43,140 bases of DNA from Eremomyces bilateralis CBS 781.70. Lineage: Eukaryota. Below the pieces are notes generated by a model. The model searched no databases and had not been told where the DNA came from. It was given only the letters and a program-made list of their open reading frames with translations. Below, piece by piece: positions 41,339 through 43,140 of the stretch. The stretch lies in assembly GCA_010015585.1 (NCBI GenBank), contig ML975154.1; one strand, given 5' to 3'. The translations under genes were made by a program, and so were the position numbers. Within the stretch, counting starts at the first letter, position 1. Each line of letters starts with the position of its first letter.

Positions 41339-42681
41339 ATGAGTTCTCTCCCTAGCCTAGCGTCAACACTCTTTAACGTAAGACTGAACGGGGTGGAGGC
41401 GGAACTGAATCGACTGAAGAATGCTGCCAAACAAAGTGAGAACTGATGAACTCATATCGTAACTCCATTGCGAAACTAACGAATAAGATGAGAAAAACCG
41501 GGCCAAGAATCAGGAAGTACACAAAGTCTATTGCCTGGAACGGCTTGCTCAATATGTCTACGACTGCACCCGCTTTGTGATAGGTCCATGGGAAAATAGT
41601 GGACACGCTGGAAAGTACTGGTTCTTAATTCTTTGTCTACCATCTTGATACCGATTGGTATCTGGCTTTCCAAAAACTCAATGGAATTTCCTCCCTTCCG
41701 TCCGGATTCAAAACCAAATTTGATAACCTCAAAAATTAGCCCAACTTCTTCTTGGGAAACCATATTGAAGATCATGTGGAAGGACTACATATGCTCTTCC
41801 CCACTTGGTATCCGATTGACATCCTCGGCGAAGGCGAGCTCAAGCATCCTCTTTCCCGAGTGCCGCCTGCAAAGCCGCTTCTGTTGATACATAGACTGAA
41901 GCACTGCGGAAAACCGTATGCCACTGTGAATGCCTCTGCTAGCTCAGGGGTCCACATGTCTTATGGCGCCCACAATATAGCAATGGATAACTAGGAGGGC
42001 GAAAAGGCATGATCCGAAGAGATAGAAATCTTCCTCAAAGTTGAATCTTGAGATATTGGTTTGGTGTGATTGACTGGCTTGGGATACCATACTGAGATGG
42101 GGATTCTCGCATGAGTTATTCGTTGAAAGGATGCCAAGAACTCCTTTGATGGGCCAAAGTATATGGATATTGAAAGCAAACGACTCTTGACAAAGGTCCA
42201 TATTAGGAATTGAAATAAATCAAGTGCGATTGACAACTCCCAACTCACTATTTGCAGTGGGATACGTAATTGGCTTCCGTTTTTTGCAACTCCAGAAACT
42301 CTCAGAGCACAGCCTCTTTCCGGGACTTGGCGTAAGCTACTATATACATACGTATCGATTCTTAGTGATCGGTATGCCACGGTATCGTTTCAGCACCTAC
42401 ATCTTTGCAAAATGGGTGCCCTATCGATCATGAACATCACATGGCAATACCAACGAGAAAAAAAAGTATATGCATTAACCGCTAAATGGGGTATCTCTTA
42501 TCGAATCACTGTCAACTGCCTTCATCTTACGAGTTTGCGTATAAATTTTCTCACGACTGACCGACGTTCTCTCATTGCATCCTTCTTATCTACCATCTCG
42601 GCCGCCTCCGCTTCCTCTGTCCGTCTCATGTCGTCTGCGAACTCTCCTGTCAAAAAGTTAGTCGATATCATTCCATCCTGA
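41339..42681 (+). pseudogene. Probable pseudogene of unknown family, with an intact intron, one frameshift and multiple in-frame stops
   Basis: ATG at 41339, intron 41436-41487 (GTGAGA...CTAAC...AAG) keeps the frame, frameshift near 41640. One frame from 41641 to 42681 then has TAG at 41737 and 41992, TGA at 42010, 42049, 42067, 42112, 42124 and 42211, and no TAA. Confidence 0.5.
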
Positions 42682-42684
42682 TCA

Positions 42685-43140
42685 TTAGAGAGTACCTTTC
42701 GGATGATCAAGAGATAATAGTTGACCCTCAAGCCGCTGGCATTGGTCAGAGGATGGCCCAAGACGAACCTGATAGCCAGCAAGAGCACGCGTATACATCG
42801 TTTTAGCCTTATGTACCTCCCCTTTGGCTGCAAAGAGATCGCCGAGATTCCATATAGTGTCAAGGGCTGGTCGGTATCTCGGAAGGGTCTCAGCGTCCAG
42901 TGTCTCCTCGAATCCTTGCAGCGCTCGCATGTACATCTCTTCTGATTCCTTTAGGTTCCCTTGGTCAGAGTAGAGGAGACCCAGGTTGTTGACCGTGTCG
43001 AGCGTCGAAGTGTGCTTCGGTCCAAGTACCTCCTCGTATCCTTGCAGCGCCCGCATGTACATTTCTTCTGCCTCCTTTAGCTTCCCTTGGTCAGAGTAGA
43101 GGAGACCCAGGTTGTTGACCGTGTCGAGCGTCGAAGTGTG
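42685..43140 (-). CDS. 3' end of a TPR-repeat protein (kinesin-light-chain-type 42-aa repeats), probably a fungal NLR-like (NB-ARC/NACHT-TPR) gene; 5' part lies outside the window
   Basis: Frame is open from the right edge to TAA at 42685-42687; repeat unit LGPKHTSTLDTVNNLGLLYSDQGKLKEAEEMYMRALQGYEEV. No nucleotide-binding domain is visible, so the NLR label is inferred. Confidence 0.85.
   Translation of the reverse strand, partial: HTSTLDTVNNLGLLYSDQGKLKEAEEMYMRALQGYEEVLGPKHTSTLDTVNNLGLLYSDQGNLKESEEMYMRALQGFEETLDAETLPRYRPALDTIWNLGDLFAAKGEVHKAKTMYTRALAGYQVRLGPSSDQCQRLEGQLLSLDHPKGTL
42915..43140 (-). repeat. Near-identical 126-nt tandem repeats encoding TPR units
   Basis: 42961-43014 is identical to 43087-43140 (offset 126); the flanking part of the unit differs at only a few positions. 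Confidence 0.95.

Noticed and set aside
1..43140. CRISPR arrays, tRNA/rRNA genes, intact transposase or reverse transcriptase genes
   Set aside because: None recognised by eye; the longer tandem repeats are coding and lack spacers. A tRNAscan/Rfam run would be needed to exclude small RNAs.

Overview
Genomic DNA of a filamentous ascomycete (Pezizomycotina-type: short GT-AG introns with CTRAC branch sites). Bases 1-39661 form a gene-dense core block, in order: an ING-family chromatin protein (5' part, runs off the left edge), a coilin-like protein, a CNT nucleoside transporter, a seven-exon DUR3/UreA urea transporter, an NADP-dependent MDR oxidoreductase, a Maf pyrophosphatase, a conserved two-TM hypothetical protein, a HapX-like iron regulator (split by a 10-N gap), HAT2/RBBP4, XRN1, a PAS hybrid histidine kinase, a 2OG-Fe(II) oxygenase and a large low-complexity protein with WG and GGPF repeats. 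From about 39700 the sequence is more AT-rich and accessory-like, with decayed intron-containing gene relics and the 3' end of an NLR-type gene with near-identical 126-nt TPR repeats. The best candidate for something undescribed is the 328-nt first intron of DUR3, which folds by eye into two large nested stem domains; one ends on the branch point and carries a TPP-aptamer-like fragment. All calls come from reading the sequence and recalling motifs; no searches or folding programs were run.
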